Virus record (IMG/VR): IMGVR_UViG_3300027977_000026
DNA: 64,000 nucleotides
Source of the DNA: an uncultured virus (IMG/VR IMGVR_UViG_3300027977_000026)
Taxonomy: Duplodnaviria; Heunggongvirae; Uroviricota; Caudoviricetes
Reading direction: 5' to 3' (one strand)
This document shows positions 1 to 9,703 of the stretch, piece by piece. A program made the translations under genes and the position numbers. The notes under the pieces were generated by a model that worked only from the letters and a program-made list of their open reading frames with translations, did no database searches and was not told where the DNA came from. Position 1 is the stretch's first letter; each line of letters begins with the position of its first letter.

Positions 1-476
1 TATTTATGTTTTTCGTTATTATTTAATTCTTTTTCCGTCAAAATAGTGAATTCATATCCTCTATCTCTGCACCATTTCTTTGCAGCTTCCCACTTTGCAG
101 TGTTTTGAATGTACATCAATTGTTCATACAATATGTTCTTTTTTTGTTTTTTAGAATTTGTATCTTGTTGAGGCTTAACAGTTTGCTTAGATGGCTTAAC
201 TTCGACTAAAAACTTCTTCACCCCTGTAGGTGTCTTTAATTTTATGTATGCATCAACAAGGTACCTGTGTTGCTTGTTGTCCAGTGGGCTTGTGTAGTTT
301 ATGACCACAGTTTCTGATCCCCATTCAAGAACATTTGAGTTGCAATCGCACCATCTGAATAATTTTAATTCCCAACTGCTCAAGTATCTGGGCAAATCAT
401 GTCCGCGGTATTTCTCTGAATGCTTGGGCTGATAAATTCCTTGTATGAACCTACCATTGCGCGATGTTAGCTTCAT
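1..476 (-). CDS. gp4: Head completion nuclease, T4 gp4-like (TnsA-type endonuclease); stop codon cut by window edge
   Basis: Not in ORF track; translated by hand from ATG 476: MKLTSRNGRFIQGIYQPKHSEKYRG...YLSSWELKLFRWCD...WGSE...HRYLVD...VEVKP...NTAKWEAAKKWC...GYEFTILTEKEL, typical gp4 motifs. Confidence 0.85.
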   Translation of the reverse strand, partial: MKLTSRNGRFIQGIYQPKHSEKYRGHDLPRYLSSWELKLFRWCDCNSNVLEWGSETVVINYTSPLDNKQHRYLVDAYIKLKTPTGVKKFLVEVKPSKQTVKPQQDTNSKKQKKNILYEQLMYIQNTAKWEAAKKWCRDRGYEFTILTEKELNNNEKHK

Positions 477-477
477 G

Positions 478-1473
478 TCAACCTAAGAAGAAGGCTGGAG
501 GTGCTGCATCGCCCATGCCTGGTGCACTTGAATAGAGCATTTTTTCTAAATTATCTTTTTCTTGTTCACCTTGTCGGATCAAATAATCATAATTAATAGC
601 ACCTCCACCGAACAAGTTAGTTCCAGTGTATTTGCCTCTTACTGATCCAACTGCAATTTTTGTTAATGCAAGTGCATACTGATAAACCCAGGGTTCCTTG
701 ATTATGTCAATCAAAGATCTCTCCACATAACACCCCAACACACCATAGAATCTAACAGAATCTTTGGGTGGTGGCACCATATGCAGCACTTGTGTCCTGG
801 GATCAAAGGAAATGTCACGCCTCAAAGCAAGAACTTTTTCACGTGTATCCAACCAATTTTTCAAAACAGTCCAGCTGACCAAATCAAACCCATAATTGCC
901 CATGGCATAACTAAAGTAAGTTTGCTGTGCTAGTGTCTGCTCTATGGTGAACAAAGTATTCACACCAGTGGAACTGCCCTCTTCGAAATCTATAACATCC
1001 ATGACTCTTCTGTAATCACCAATCAAATAATCATAAGAATTTAAAAGCTGATATTGGTTGGGTTTGGTTGAGTCTAACACTTGAAAGATTAATGGATTGT
1101 TTGCCTCTCCTATGACCATGGAGCCTATGCTGTATCTTTCTCTGATGGACTGAGGGGTGTTTGTGTCATCAAAGGTGAAATTAAAATCTCTACTCATGCT
1201 AAACAGCACATCCAATCTTATGCCTCTTTTCAGGTCATATAGATCACTATCAAACACCAGATACTCTTGAGTGTAACCAGCAAATTTAGTGAACATTTCA
1301 CAGGATATGGCAATGAACTCATTCAATTGGTCTTCATGTATTTCAATGTTGATCAAAGGTGCACCAATTGCGCGGCAAATTCTCTGACCTAACCGGCCAT
1401 AGCTTTCCATCTTGTTATTAAGATTGGTGCTGTAGAAAGCGCTTACTGGTTCAACTGTATTACAATCCATCAT
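478..1473 (-). CDS. gp13: Neck protein, T4 gp13-like
   Basis: 331 aa; IGAPLINIEIHEDQL start, WVYQYALALTKIAVGSVRGKY and GGGAINY motifs, C-terminal PPAFFLG; late box upstream. Confidence 0.8.
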   Translation of the reverse strand: MMDCNTVEPVSAFYSTNLNNKMESYGRLGQRICRAIGAPLINIEIHEDQLNEFIAISCEMFTKFAGYTQEYLVFDSDLYDLKRGIRLDVLFSMSRDFNFTFDDTNTPQSIRERYSIGSMVIGEANNPLIFQVLDSTKPNQYQLLNSYDYLIGDYRRVMDVIDFEEGSSTGVNTLFTIEQTLAQQTYFSYAMGNYGFDLVSWTVLKNWLDTREKVLALRRDISFDPRTQVLHMVPPPKDSVRFYGVLGCYVERSLIDIIKEPWVYQYALALTKIAVGSVRGKYTGTNLFGGGAINYDYLIRQGEQEKDNLEKMLYSSAPGMGDAAPPAFFLG

Positions 1474-1497
1474 ACTTATTATTTATTAGTAAAGCAA

Positions 1498-2838
1498 TTA
1501 TATAAAGAAAGGTATTTTAACTAATCTGCCGTTAATGCTTGCAGCAAATGCACTAGTTACAGATATGGTTGTAACTGGAAACGTTACAACTGAAAGAGGC
1601 ACGGAACTAGTGCCAATTCTGAGTATATCAGTTAAAAATTGATTTGCTGATATGGTATTATTAACTGTTAAGTTGTTGAGAATTCTGGCATTAGACAGAG
1701 AGATATTGAGACTTGAAGACACAAGATCATTGCAATACACTGGTCCGTTCACACTCAGAAAATCGGTAATTGTGGCACTGGATATAGAGATATTGAGACT
1801 TGAAGACACAAGATCATTGCAATACACTGGTCCGTTCACACTCAAAAAACTGGTCATTGTGGCACTGGATATAGAGATATTGAGACTTGAAGACACAAGA
1901 TCATTGCAATACACTGGTCCGTTCACACTCAAAAAACTGGTCATTGTGGCACTTGATAATGTAATGCTAAGAGCTGAAGACACAAGATCATTGCAATACA
2001 CTGGTCCGTTCACACTCAAAAAACTGGTCATTGTGGCACTTGATAATGTAATGCTAAGAGCTGAAGACACAAGATCATTGCAATACAAAGGACCGCTCAC
2101 ACTCAGACTGTTCGTAATAGTAGCTGCACTCAAAAATAAATTGGTGCTGCTAGCACTTATGATTGGAGTCGTAAAATAAACTCCATTCTCAAATGATACA
2201 TGCAATGTGTTACTACCTTTGCCAGTTGCAGCATCATTATCAGCAATTACTGCACTGTTGCTAGGATTATTACTGGAAATTTCAGCTGCAGATAGTTCAT
2301 TGAGTATCACAGCACTCTTCAGAGTAATTGTATTTGCAGAAAGATAATTCAAAATATTAGACAAGGAAGAAGAACCAGCCCAGCTTGAGCTATTGGAATT
2401 AACTGTAGTAAAAGTGTTCTGCCAACCTGCACTGTATGTGTTCTGATTGGTATATGAACTATTCCAGGCTGGTGAAGAGTTGATCACTTGAATGTATGTG
2501 CTTGCCCATCCTGAGCTGTTGGTTGCAACAGTGGTGCTAGTAGAATCCCACTTGCTGCTGGTGACAGTCAGGAGTGTGTGGCCTGCAGTGAGTGTGGTCA
2601 AGTTGGCATATCCATTGTTCCACGTGGCACTGTTTGCAATGATTGTGGAGGATATGCTGCCACCAGAATTCCAGCTGGCACTGTTGTATGATACTAAAGT
2701 AAAAAGACCCAAACTGTATTCTAAGTTGTTAAAATATACTTTTTTGGTTTGATTGGCCACAGTGTCGACTACTGGTAAAAGTGTTGACGCTGAAAGACTT
2801 ATCATCTCATTCAAGTCAGATATTTTGATATCGGCCAT
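1498..2838 (-). CDS. Fibre-like virion protein with Trp-periodic Ser/Thr-rich segment and 29-aa tandem repeats
   Basis: 446 aa; N-terminal IKISDL..LLPVVD seen in phage fibre proteins; internal repeats; late box at 2843-2850. Confidence 0.55.
   Translation of the reverse strand: MADIKISDLNEMISLSASTLLPVVDTVANQTKKVYFNNLEYSLGLFTLVSYNSASWNSGGSISSTIIANSATWNNGYANLTTLTAGHTLLTVTSSKWDSTSTTVATNSSGWASTYIQVINSSPAWNSSYTNQNTYSAGWQNTFTTVNSNSSSWAGSSSLSNILNYLSANTITLKSAVILNELSAAEISSNNPSNSAVIADNDAATGKGSNTLHVSFENGVYFTTPIISASSTNLFLSAATITNSLSVSGPLYCNDLVSSALSITLSSATMTSFLSVNGPVYCNDLVSSALSITLSSATMTSFLSVNGPVYCNDLVSSSLNISISSATMTSFLSVNGPVYCNDLVSSSLNISISSATITDFLSVNGPVYCNDLVSSSLNISLSNARILNNLTVNNTISANQFLTDILRIGTSSVPLSVVTFPVTTISVTSAFAASINGRLVKIPFFI
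1690..2125 (-). repeat. Coding tandem repeat, 87-bp unit, about 5 copies (SVNGPVYCNDLVSSxLxIxxSSATMTSFL)
   Basis: gaagacacaagatcattgcaatac recurs every 87 bp (agatattgag at 1701, 1788, 1875). Confidence 0.95.
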
Positions 2839-2845
2839 ATATTAT

Positions 2846-3892
2846 TTATGGGTAATAATAGTTTATCTTCGTTCCCAAGCTTTCATTATATGGGACTTCC
2901 CCAAATATAGTCAATCCAGAGCCATCTGTTGGTATCAAGATATCGTCTGCAGCAATCAAATAACAAGGATTAGGTGTCAATATGATACCAGGGCCAGCAA
3001 AATGTGTAATGCCTGCCAGTCCATAATAAAACTCGTTGTACTTGCCATACAATTTGCTTCCATCATTAACAAAATTTACCACCATGACAGCAAATGCAGA
3101 CAATTCTTTAATGAGACCTGCACCAGGCATGACCATATTGCTAGCTGCATCTAACCCGGATAGAACAAATTTATTTTCGAATGTTACATTGTGATTGCCA
3201 GGGAAATCCTGCTGCAAAGCAATGCTGTAAGTGCCTCCCTTTTTCAGACTGCTGGGATTCATAACTGTCACATCACTGGTCAAAAAAACAAATGCTGTTT
3301 GAGCGTTATCCAGATCCCAGTTTACTTGCAATGCAGGGGTTGTTGATAATGTTGGTGCAATACAGCCCTTATATTTGGTGTCCTGTTGAGGCACATTCAG
3401 CAATCTGCCATAATTGGTGATGTTGAGCCAGGTGCCAGAGTAGCTCTGCAAAGTGGAGTACATGGATTCATATTTTGCAGAATTAGTAGTAAGTGACACA
3501 TAGAAGGAATAACCATCACTCCAGGATGCACTCAAAGTATTGACTGTATCAGCTACTGTGTAAAATTGCATCCAATCTGCACTAAAAGTTTTTACACTAT
3601 TGTATGTGTTAGTAATGGAGAGTGTGTCTATGGTAAAAGTAACAGTCAGGGGTGGTGTGATAGAAGAATTCTCCAATATGCCCAAACTGTCTTGTGTAAT
3701 CAAGTGACCACCATCTTGTGCAATTAACAACAGATAACTAAACAATTCACCTTCAATTATATTTGTAAAGTTGCCTACAAAAGGAGAATTTACTGAAGCT
3801 ATGGGATCTGTTGCGCTATCAGGAAATTGGGGTGATGAAACGGTGTGGTGGTTTCTTCTGTGAAACTTGTTATGGAAAAGGGTATTGGACAT
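2846..3892 (-). CDS. Putative virion protein, paralog of 3894-4646, with extra C-terminal GAPY-like module
   Basis: 348 aa; FHNKFHRRNHH N-terminus, VNWDLDNAQ...KGGTY domain shared with neighbour. Confidence 0.55.
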   Translation of the reverse strand: MSNTLFHNKFHRRNHHTVSSPQFPDSATDPIASVNSPFVGNFTNIIEGELFSYLLLIAQDGGHLITQDSLGILENSSITPPLTVTFTIDTLSITNTYNSVKTFSADWMQFYTVADTVNTLSASWSDGYSFYVSLTTNSAKYESMYSTLQSYSGTWLNITNYGRLLNVPQQDTKYKGCIAPTLSTTPALQVNWDLDNAQTAFVFLTSDVTVMNPSSLKKGGTYSIALQQDFPGNHNVTFENKFVLSGLDAASNMVMPGAGLIKELSAFAVMVVNFVNDGSKLYGKYNEFYYGLAGITHFAGPGIILTPNPCYLIAADDILIPTDGSGLTIFGEVPYNESLGTKINYYYP

Positions 3893-3893
3893 G

Positions 3894-4646
3894 TCATGCG
3901 CTCAGTTTGATCACATCACCATACATGACTGCACCATCACATAAAAAGTTTATAACAGTGACTTTGTTTGAACCAGAATCAACTATGTTGTTCCTGAAAA
4001 GAGAGTTTGCAAATCTGTAACATGTATCAAAGTCAATATCTTTATTACCAGCACTGCTTTGCTTCACAACCATAGTGTACAACCCACCCCTCTTCATGTT
4101 TAATGGATTATTAACTGACAAGCTACTGATCAAAGTAATGAAGGTAACTTGATTTGAATCCAAGTCCCAATCAACTGAAGCAGGATCAATTGCTTGTAAA
4201 TTAGTACCAGAGAATGTTTTTGATTTGGTATACTCCTGCACCACATTGAGGTACATTATATTTTCATTGTTCCACCCAGCGCTGTAAGTGTTGAATGTGG
4301 TATATGCACTTTCATACTTGGCAGAATTAGGAGAAAAACTCAAATACCCATTGTATCCTAAATTCCAATTGTCTGATAAAGAGTTAACTGTGTTGTACAC
4401 TGAATCAGTCAGTCCCCAGAATCCAGAATAAGTGCTAACTATGGAATATGCTTGATACCATTGCAAGCTATTGCTATTCAAGGTGAAAGAGCGGCTATCA
4501 TCAGTAATAGTATTATAAAAAATACCAACAAATGGTTCAGTCAAAGAAGCAATAGGGTCCAAGCCAGAATCCGGTATTCCAGGGGATACCACAGAGTGGT
4601 GATTGGCTCTGTGGAATTTGCTATGAAATTTGGATGTTCCGGCCAT
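3894..4646 (-). CDS. Putative virion protein, paralog of 2846-3892
   Basis: 250 aa; FHSKFHRANHH N-terminus, VDWDLDSNQ...RGGLY domain; late box at 4652-4659. Confidence 0.55.
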   Translation of the reverse strand: MAGTSKFHSKFHRANHHSVVSPGIPDSGLDPIASLTEPFVGIFYNTITDDSRSFTLNSNSLQWYQAYSIVSTYSGFWGLTDSVYNTVNSLSDNWNLGYNGYLSFSPNSAKYESAYTTFNTYSAGWNNENIMYLNVVQEYTKSKTFSGTNLQAIDPASVDWDLDSNQVTFITLISSLSVNNPLNMKRGGLYTMVVKQSSAGNKDIDFDTCYRFANSLFRNNIVDSGSNKVTVINFLCDGAVMYGDVIKLSA

Positions 4647-4661
4647 ATTATTATTTAGTGT

Positions 4662-6299
4662 TTATCTTACCGGAGAAAGATTTGTTATCACATAGTCATT
4701 ATTAATAATATACTTTAACATGTTTTGCTGGTAATCAAAGATTGAATCCAAGCATCTGTTAACAGTGGAGGATTCAAAGCTCTCATTGATACCTATGTTG
4801 CAGTATTCATTGATGTCTATCTTCTGGTTTTTTATAACAAAATTATTATACGCTCTTTGCACAAAAACCGGTGTATTAAACACATTCTCACCTATAAAAA
4901 ATCTATACTTTACATAGCTATTCAAAAGAGTCAAATTGTACATGATCTTTTGAAAGGATTTGTTATACACCCATGCTTGATTATATTCACCGGCTCTGAT
5001 CTTTATGTCATTTAAATCATAAATTTCTATATCAATTTCTTTTAATGTTGTAATTAAATTCAACCCATCTTCATATGCTCCTATGAAGTCGGAAGATAAA
5101 CTTGGCGTTCTGCACAAGGTGAGAAGCAGATCTGTTGATACTAGTGGCACTGTAGTTACCCAAGCAAAATTTCTATTGTCCACTTTAGTGTTGGGTAATA
5201 TGCCAATATTTGAATTGGGCTTGGTTATCCATTTTTTAATAATTTGATACTTGGTAACAACATAAAAAATTTCTGGCTCATAATTTGCAAATTTAAGATT
5301 AATTAGTTCTTCGTCTGGATCTAGCATGTTAGAGAAATCATAGGAATTAGTTGAAACTATTGTATAATTGCTGGTCAGCTCAAACTCGAACATGGTATTC
5401 TTGTTAATGCCATAAATTTTATTCAAATAAGAATTATATACCAGTGCGTTCAAGCCTGTTGCAGCATTAAAAAAGGAATTGTAGATGGTAGTGTTCATCC
5501 AGTTTAAATTTCTATCAAATACTTTGAAGCATTTGTTGCCTCTGTCCTCCACCACAAGAACATCATTAACAAAAACTATTTTACCGGGATTATTCAATTT
5601 TATATTATCAAATTTGCCACCATAACCACCCACGGTATCCACCAAGAAAGGTCTGCCTGATCTTACATAATCATCAGAAAAACTGTTCCTTATGTCAAAA
5701 GCGTACACATTATTGAAACCTGAGTCACAAACATACAGAAGCTCACTACCATCAGTTGCAATGGATGTTATATTTTCTGCAACTATTGTGCCGCTCAAAG
5801 GATCAATGAACTGTCCTCTGCCCAATTCAACTGGAGCTCCATTCTGTGTAATTCCTAGAATTGTAATGGCTTTTTTATCTGCTACAATCAAACCAGCTTT
5901 CAAATAACTTGCCACATTACTAAAATACACACAATCAAAACTGTTGTCAATATTGCTCGTCATACTTGAACCACACAAAAAGGATACAGCTGTGTTGAAT
6001 TTACTGTTAGGAAAGAATTCTATGTTTCTGGAACTAATAGGTGTGGCGTTAGTAGCGGTTAAACCTATCCACCCATTGAAAGTATTTGGCACATTAAAGT
6101 CTGAAATGTTGCACAAACCGTAGAGATACAACAAATTGTAGTACAGCTTTTCCAGCTTTAAATTGATGGTACTGGAAACTGCTAATTCATTTGGTTGAAT
6201 TTGGATATTATTCAAATTGTAAGGTAACGCAAATGTGTCGTCAATGGTTCTATCGAAATCCATTGTGGTCTTTAAAAATTCGCTGTATATGTTGTTCAT
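4662..6299 (-). CDS. Putative baseplate-associated protein with NHL-like beta-propeller segment
   Basis: 545 aa; LYVCDSGFNNV, LNNPGKI, VEDRGNKCFKVFD resemble NHL repeats. Confidence 0.5.
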   Translation of the reverse strand: MNNIYSEFLKTTMDFDRTIDDTFALPYNLNNIQIQPNELAVSSTINLKLEKLYYNLLYLYGLCNISDFNVPNTFNGWIGLTATNATPISSRNIEFFPNSKFNTAVSFLCGSSMTSNIDNSFDCVYFSNVASYLKAGLIVADKKAITILGITQNGAPVELGRGQFIDPLSGTIVAENITSIATDGSELLYVCDSGFNNVYAFDIRNSFSDDYVRSGRPFLVDTVGGYGGKFDNIKLNNPGKIVFVNDVLVVEDRGNKCFKVFDRNLNWMNTTIYNSFFNAATGLNALVYNSYLNKIYGINKNTMFEFELTSNYTIVSTNSYDFSNMLDPDEELINLKFANYEPEIFYVVTKYQIIKKWITKPNSNIGILPNTKVDNRNFAWVTTVPLVSTDLLLTLCRTPSLSSDFIGAYEDGLNLITTLKEIDIEIYDLNDIKIRAGEYNQAWVYNKSFQKIMYNLTLLNSYVKYRFFIGENVFNTPVFVQRAYNNFVIKNQKIDINEYCNIGINESFESSTVNRCLDSIFDYQQNMLKYIINNDYVITNLSPVR

Positions 6300-9200
6300 T
6301 GCACTATATTGGTTAGATTGGTTAAGCTATTACCAGGGAAAAATACACCTCTGTATTGTGCAGTCAAGCTGGGCATTGTGGACAGCCACTTGATGGAGTT
6401 TAACCTGGAATAATTTGGGGCAATCTCCTTCAATCTATTTAGAATTGATATTTTTATGTATTCTTGACATGTTTCATCCAACAGACTGTCATTAATGTAC
6501 AAATTATAATCAGTGCTCTTGCTACCTGGTACAGCTTGTCTGAAGAATCTAGAAACCACATCCACAAAGCTTCTTCTGCCAGTAGGTATGTTCCACTTCA
6601 AATCATCAGGCAATATTTTCTGCTTAAAAAACAAATTAATATCATAGTAATTTAATGCCTTATTGTAAAAATATAAATTTTGCAATTTTAAATCTTTTAC
6701 TAGGTAAGACGTCTTGTGTACCTTGGTTCTGTCCAGTACATCTTGTAGCTGTGTGCCATTGTAGAAAGGCGTTGCACCAGCGGTAAACCTATCCACAACC
6801 AAAGGTATGAAGTTATATCTGTTGGGTTCAAAATATGACACACCAAACTCCTCACCATCTACATAAAGCCCGAGCTTACCTTCTGAAGAATTTAATACCA
6901 CACTAAAATGGTGCCATCCAGTATTGACTGCAGTCACAGGCACTACAATTTCTGGCAATACTGAATCTTCAGTGTCAAACTGATTGAACAATCGAGCTTT
7001 AAATATATAAGAATTATATGGGTAGTGCCACAATAGAGATGTGTAATTAAATTTATGGTTCACAGGTTCTACCATATCTGACCATGAACTACCAGTGTCT
7101 ATAAACTTTTGAAGTTTCTCATTGCCAGCGTAATTCAAATTGTACAGAATTACACCTTTGTTATTACTGCCTGTAGCAGTTACTAACACTGAACTTATTA
7201 AATTGCCATTGTCAAAATCTTCTGTGAAGGTAATATTCTTTACCACTGGCGTGCTGGTGCTAACTGAAGAAGATGCAGATAAAGTGGTACTGAATAAATG
7301 TCTGGAAAAAGAACCAAACACTGCAATATTATTGGTATTGCCAGATAATGTCCATGTTAAATTATCTTTATCAATGTTGAATAGCTTTATGCCTGGACCT
7401 ATCACAGCGCTTGAAGAAAGTGTGTTGGATGACCATCTATTAACATAGCCACCACTCAAATAATACACATCATTGTCTATTACAGTGGAATTCATACCTT
7501 CCACAGCAACAATCTTACCATTCTTTAGAGTTCTAATTTCTTTTGCACTGAGTATGGACCCAATACTATAGTTGTACGCAGTTGAGGTTACTAAATTGGA
7601 AAGCAAATTAATCATCTTAACGCTGCCATCCTTATACAACACATACCCGTTATATTCATCATTGTAGACGTTTACAATTGGCTTGCTTGCCGACAATGCA
7701 GAGGTAGCATCAATAATAGTTCCTCTCAAATCAAATTCTATGAGTCTGCTAGTATCAGTAATCACATGAAATGAATTCAAAGGATCTCTTCTCATCATAA
7801 ATCTACTCTTACCCCAAGAAGAAATGGTATTAATGAATGTTTCCACCCTTTCAAATGATCTATTAAATCCTATGAAATTGCTGCCACTCAACATCATTAT
7901 GAATGGTGTTACTCTCATGTAGTTGAATATGCCCATGCCATAATCAGTCATGTTGCCACCCAATTCAAACCCAGCATATTGATCCCAATAATCCCTATAT
8001 GCCCAGAACATTATGGTGAAATTGTTATAATTTGCATCTGTATTGTTTACATCCACCAAGGCATATCTATTACCATCAAAATAATAGGAACTAAAATCTC
8101 CTTCATCATCTGGTGTTAATATGGCACCATCAGATCTCAAAAATTCAGTAAAATCTTTGAATTGCTTGTTTGTTGCCATGGAATTAATGTTTTGCTCAAT
8201 GTCTGATTTGCCAAATCTAGAATAAGCATACCAGCAACCAGGTTCAAACACCATGGATGATGGCACATCCACAACACCCCCTGGAATTCCCAAGCAATCA
8301 TACGTGCTCTGGTATGTTACAGTGGTTGGATCAGCTGTTAAAGCTGCAACAAATGTAATTGTCTTGGGATTATAAAACCTATCCATCCACACAGGCTCGG
8401 ACAAAATATCTTTACCCCCAGATAGCCAGGAACATAGCCACTGACCAGTTTGCTCTTCTTGAGAATCACCCTGGTTGCTTGTGCTCTTGTAATTTGCTAA
8501 TTTCTTCCAGATCTTATCACTTCTCAAGGGATGATCACCTGCAACAGCACCATTCTCAACAAGCTTGGTATTAGATATATTCAATCTTTCAAAGGGATAC
8601 ATGTTTTGTGGTGTATGGAACCAGGTAGTTTTGCCTTGAAAAAATTCATACTGTGTGGAGTAGCTTGTGTATCCCAGATGCAGTTTTTCGTATCCTTGCT
8701 CCTGATTGCCGCCTGCAAAAATGGAAACATAATCTCTCATGTCTGTAGGATTTTCATTTATGAAGATATTATTTCTGCCTTGTTCATTTTTTTGATTCAA
8801 TTGATTCTTTAAATTAATTAAATTGTAATTCAAAGATTGTTGAGTTTGATCTATGTTATTGTATTCAGTATGAAACAGATAATTGTTCTTTATATCCAGA
8901 TAACTTCTATTGGGATCTCTGTTTAAATTGTTTTGATTTAAATCTTTTTTATAGGATACCCATTCGTTCATTATTTCGGGAGAGTCTGGCTCTTCAAATG
9001 AACTCAAGTAAAAAACTGAATTGCTATCATAAGATAGCATGCTACTTGTAGGTGTGGCGCTAAGTACTAATCTGTTACCATTGACTGTAACATAGTAAGA
9101 AAATCCTCTTACTCTTATTTGTAATGTTATTATCTGTCTTTCTCTATTATAGAAATAAGTAAAGTCGCGGTTATAATCTCTGAACACATCAAAGGCACTA

Positions 9201-9703
9201 GCAATTACAAAATTTAAATTTAGGTTTGTTGGATTAACCGCCAAATAATATATTTCATTATTGTATATGTGTGATACATTGACTTGTATTGGATCGTTTA
9301 AATCCACTTCAAAGAAATAATCATTATTTATTGCTGAAACACTGCCACCTATTATACTATCATAGATGATAGTATCTGCCACAGCATCATCAATTTGATC
9401 TGTAAAAATTAGAAACTTATCTTGCCCGTTTTTAGATATGTTGATTGTGCCCACCTCTACATTACTTTTTTCCAAGGGAACATGAAAATCAGAAATAGTT
9501 TTCAAATCTACTTTTTCTGAAATATTCAAAAAGCTGTAGTTGTTGTTTTTAAAATCATAATTGCTGCTAAGCAGTGGAGTTTTTGAGACACTCATTCTGC
9601 CGTCTATATAAACAGCTTGATTCTTGAAATTAACCTCTTCGTCGTGAGTGTAGTTTGCACTCAATGCCTTCCAATTATTAGATGTAAAAAATTCGGTTAG
9701 CAT
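6296..9703 (-). CDS. Large virion protein with LamG/concanavalin-A-like domain
   Basis: 1135 aa; NFTIMFW and GWHHFSVV...LYVDG...YFYNKALN LamG-type motifs. Confidence 0.55.
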   Translation of the reverse strand: MLTEFFTSNNWKALSANYTHDEEVNFKNQAVYIDGRMSVSKTPLLSSNYDFKNNNYSFLNISEKVDLKTISDFHVPLEKSNVEVGTINISKNGQDKFLIFTDQIDDAVADTIIYDSIIGGSVSAINNDYFFEVDLNDPIQVNVSHIYNNEIYYLAVNPTNLNLNFVIASAFDVFRDYNRDFTYFYNRERQIITLQIRVRGFSYYVTVNGNRLVLSATPTSSMLSYDSNSVFYLSSFEEPDSPEIMNEWVSYKKDLNQNNLNRDPNRSYLDIKNNYLFHTEYNNIDQTQQSLNYNLINLKNQLNQKNEQGRNNIFINENPTDMRDYVSIFAGGNQEQGYEKLHLGYTSYSTQYEFFQGKTTWFHTPQNMYPFERLNISNTKLVENGAVAGDHPLRSDKIWKKLANYKSTSNQGDSQEEQTGQWLCSWLSGGKDILSEPVWMDRFYNPKTITFVAALTADPTTVTYQSTYDCLGIPGGVVDVPSSMVFEPGCWYAYSRFGKSDIEQNINSMATNKQFKDFTEFLRSDGAILTPDDEGDFSSYYFDGNRYALVDVNNTDANYNNFTIMFWAYRDYWDQYAGFELGGNMTDYGMGIFNYMRVTPFIMMLSGSNFIGFNRSFERVETFINTISSWGKSRFMMRRDPLNSFHVITDTSRLIEFDLRGTIIDATSALSASKPIVNVYNDEYNGYVLYKDGSVKMINLLSNLVTSTAYNYSIGSILSAKEIRTLKNGKIVAVEGMNSTVIDNDVYYLSGGYVNRWSSNTLSSSAVIGPGIKLFNIDKDNLTWTLSGNTNNIAVFGSFSRHLFSTTLSASSSVSTSTPVVKNITFTEDFDNGNLISSVLVTATGSNNKGVILYNLNYAGNEKLQKFIDTGSSWSDMVEPVNHKFNYTSLLWHYPYNSYIFKARLFNQFDTEDSVLPEIVVPVTAVNTGWHHFSVVLNSSEGKLGLYVDGEEFGVSYFEPNRYNFIPLVVDRFTAGATPFYNGTQLQDVLDRTKVHKTSYLVKDLKLQNLYFYNKALNYYDINLFFKQKILPDDLKWNIPTGRRSFVDVVSRFFRQAVPGSKSTDYNLYINDSLLDETCQEYIKISILNRLKEIAPNYSRLNSIKWLSTMPSLTAQYRGVFFPGNSLTNLTNIVQ

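Noticed and set aside
1690..2125. Regular direct repeats as a possible CRISPR array
   Set aside because: Contiguous 87-bp units with no unique spacers, in frame within a protein gene, no cas genes
1652..2179. 175-aa plus-strand ORF
   Set aside because: Antisense shadow of the coding repeat; no promoter or independent signal
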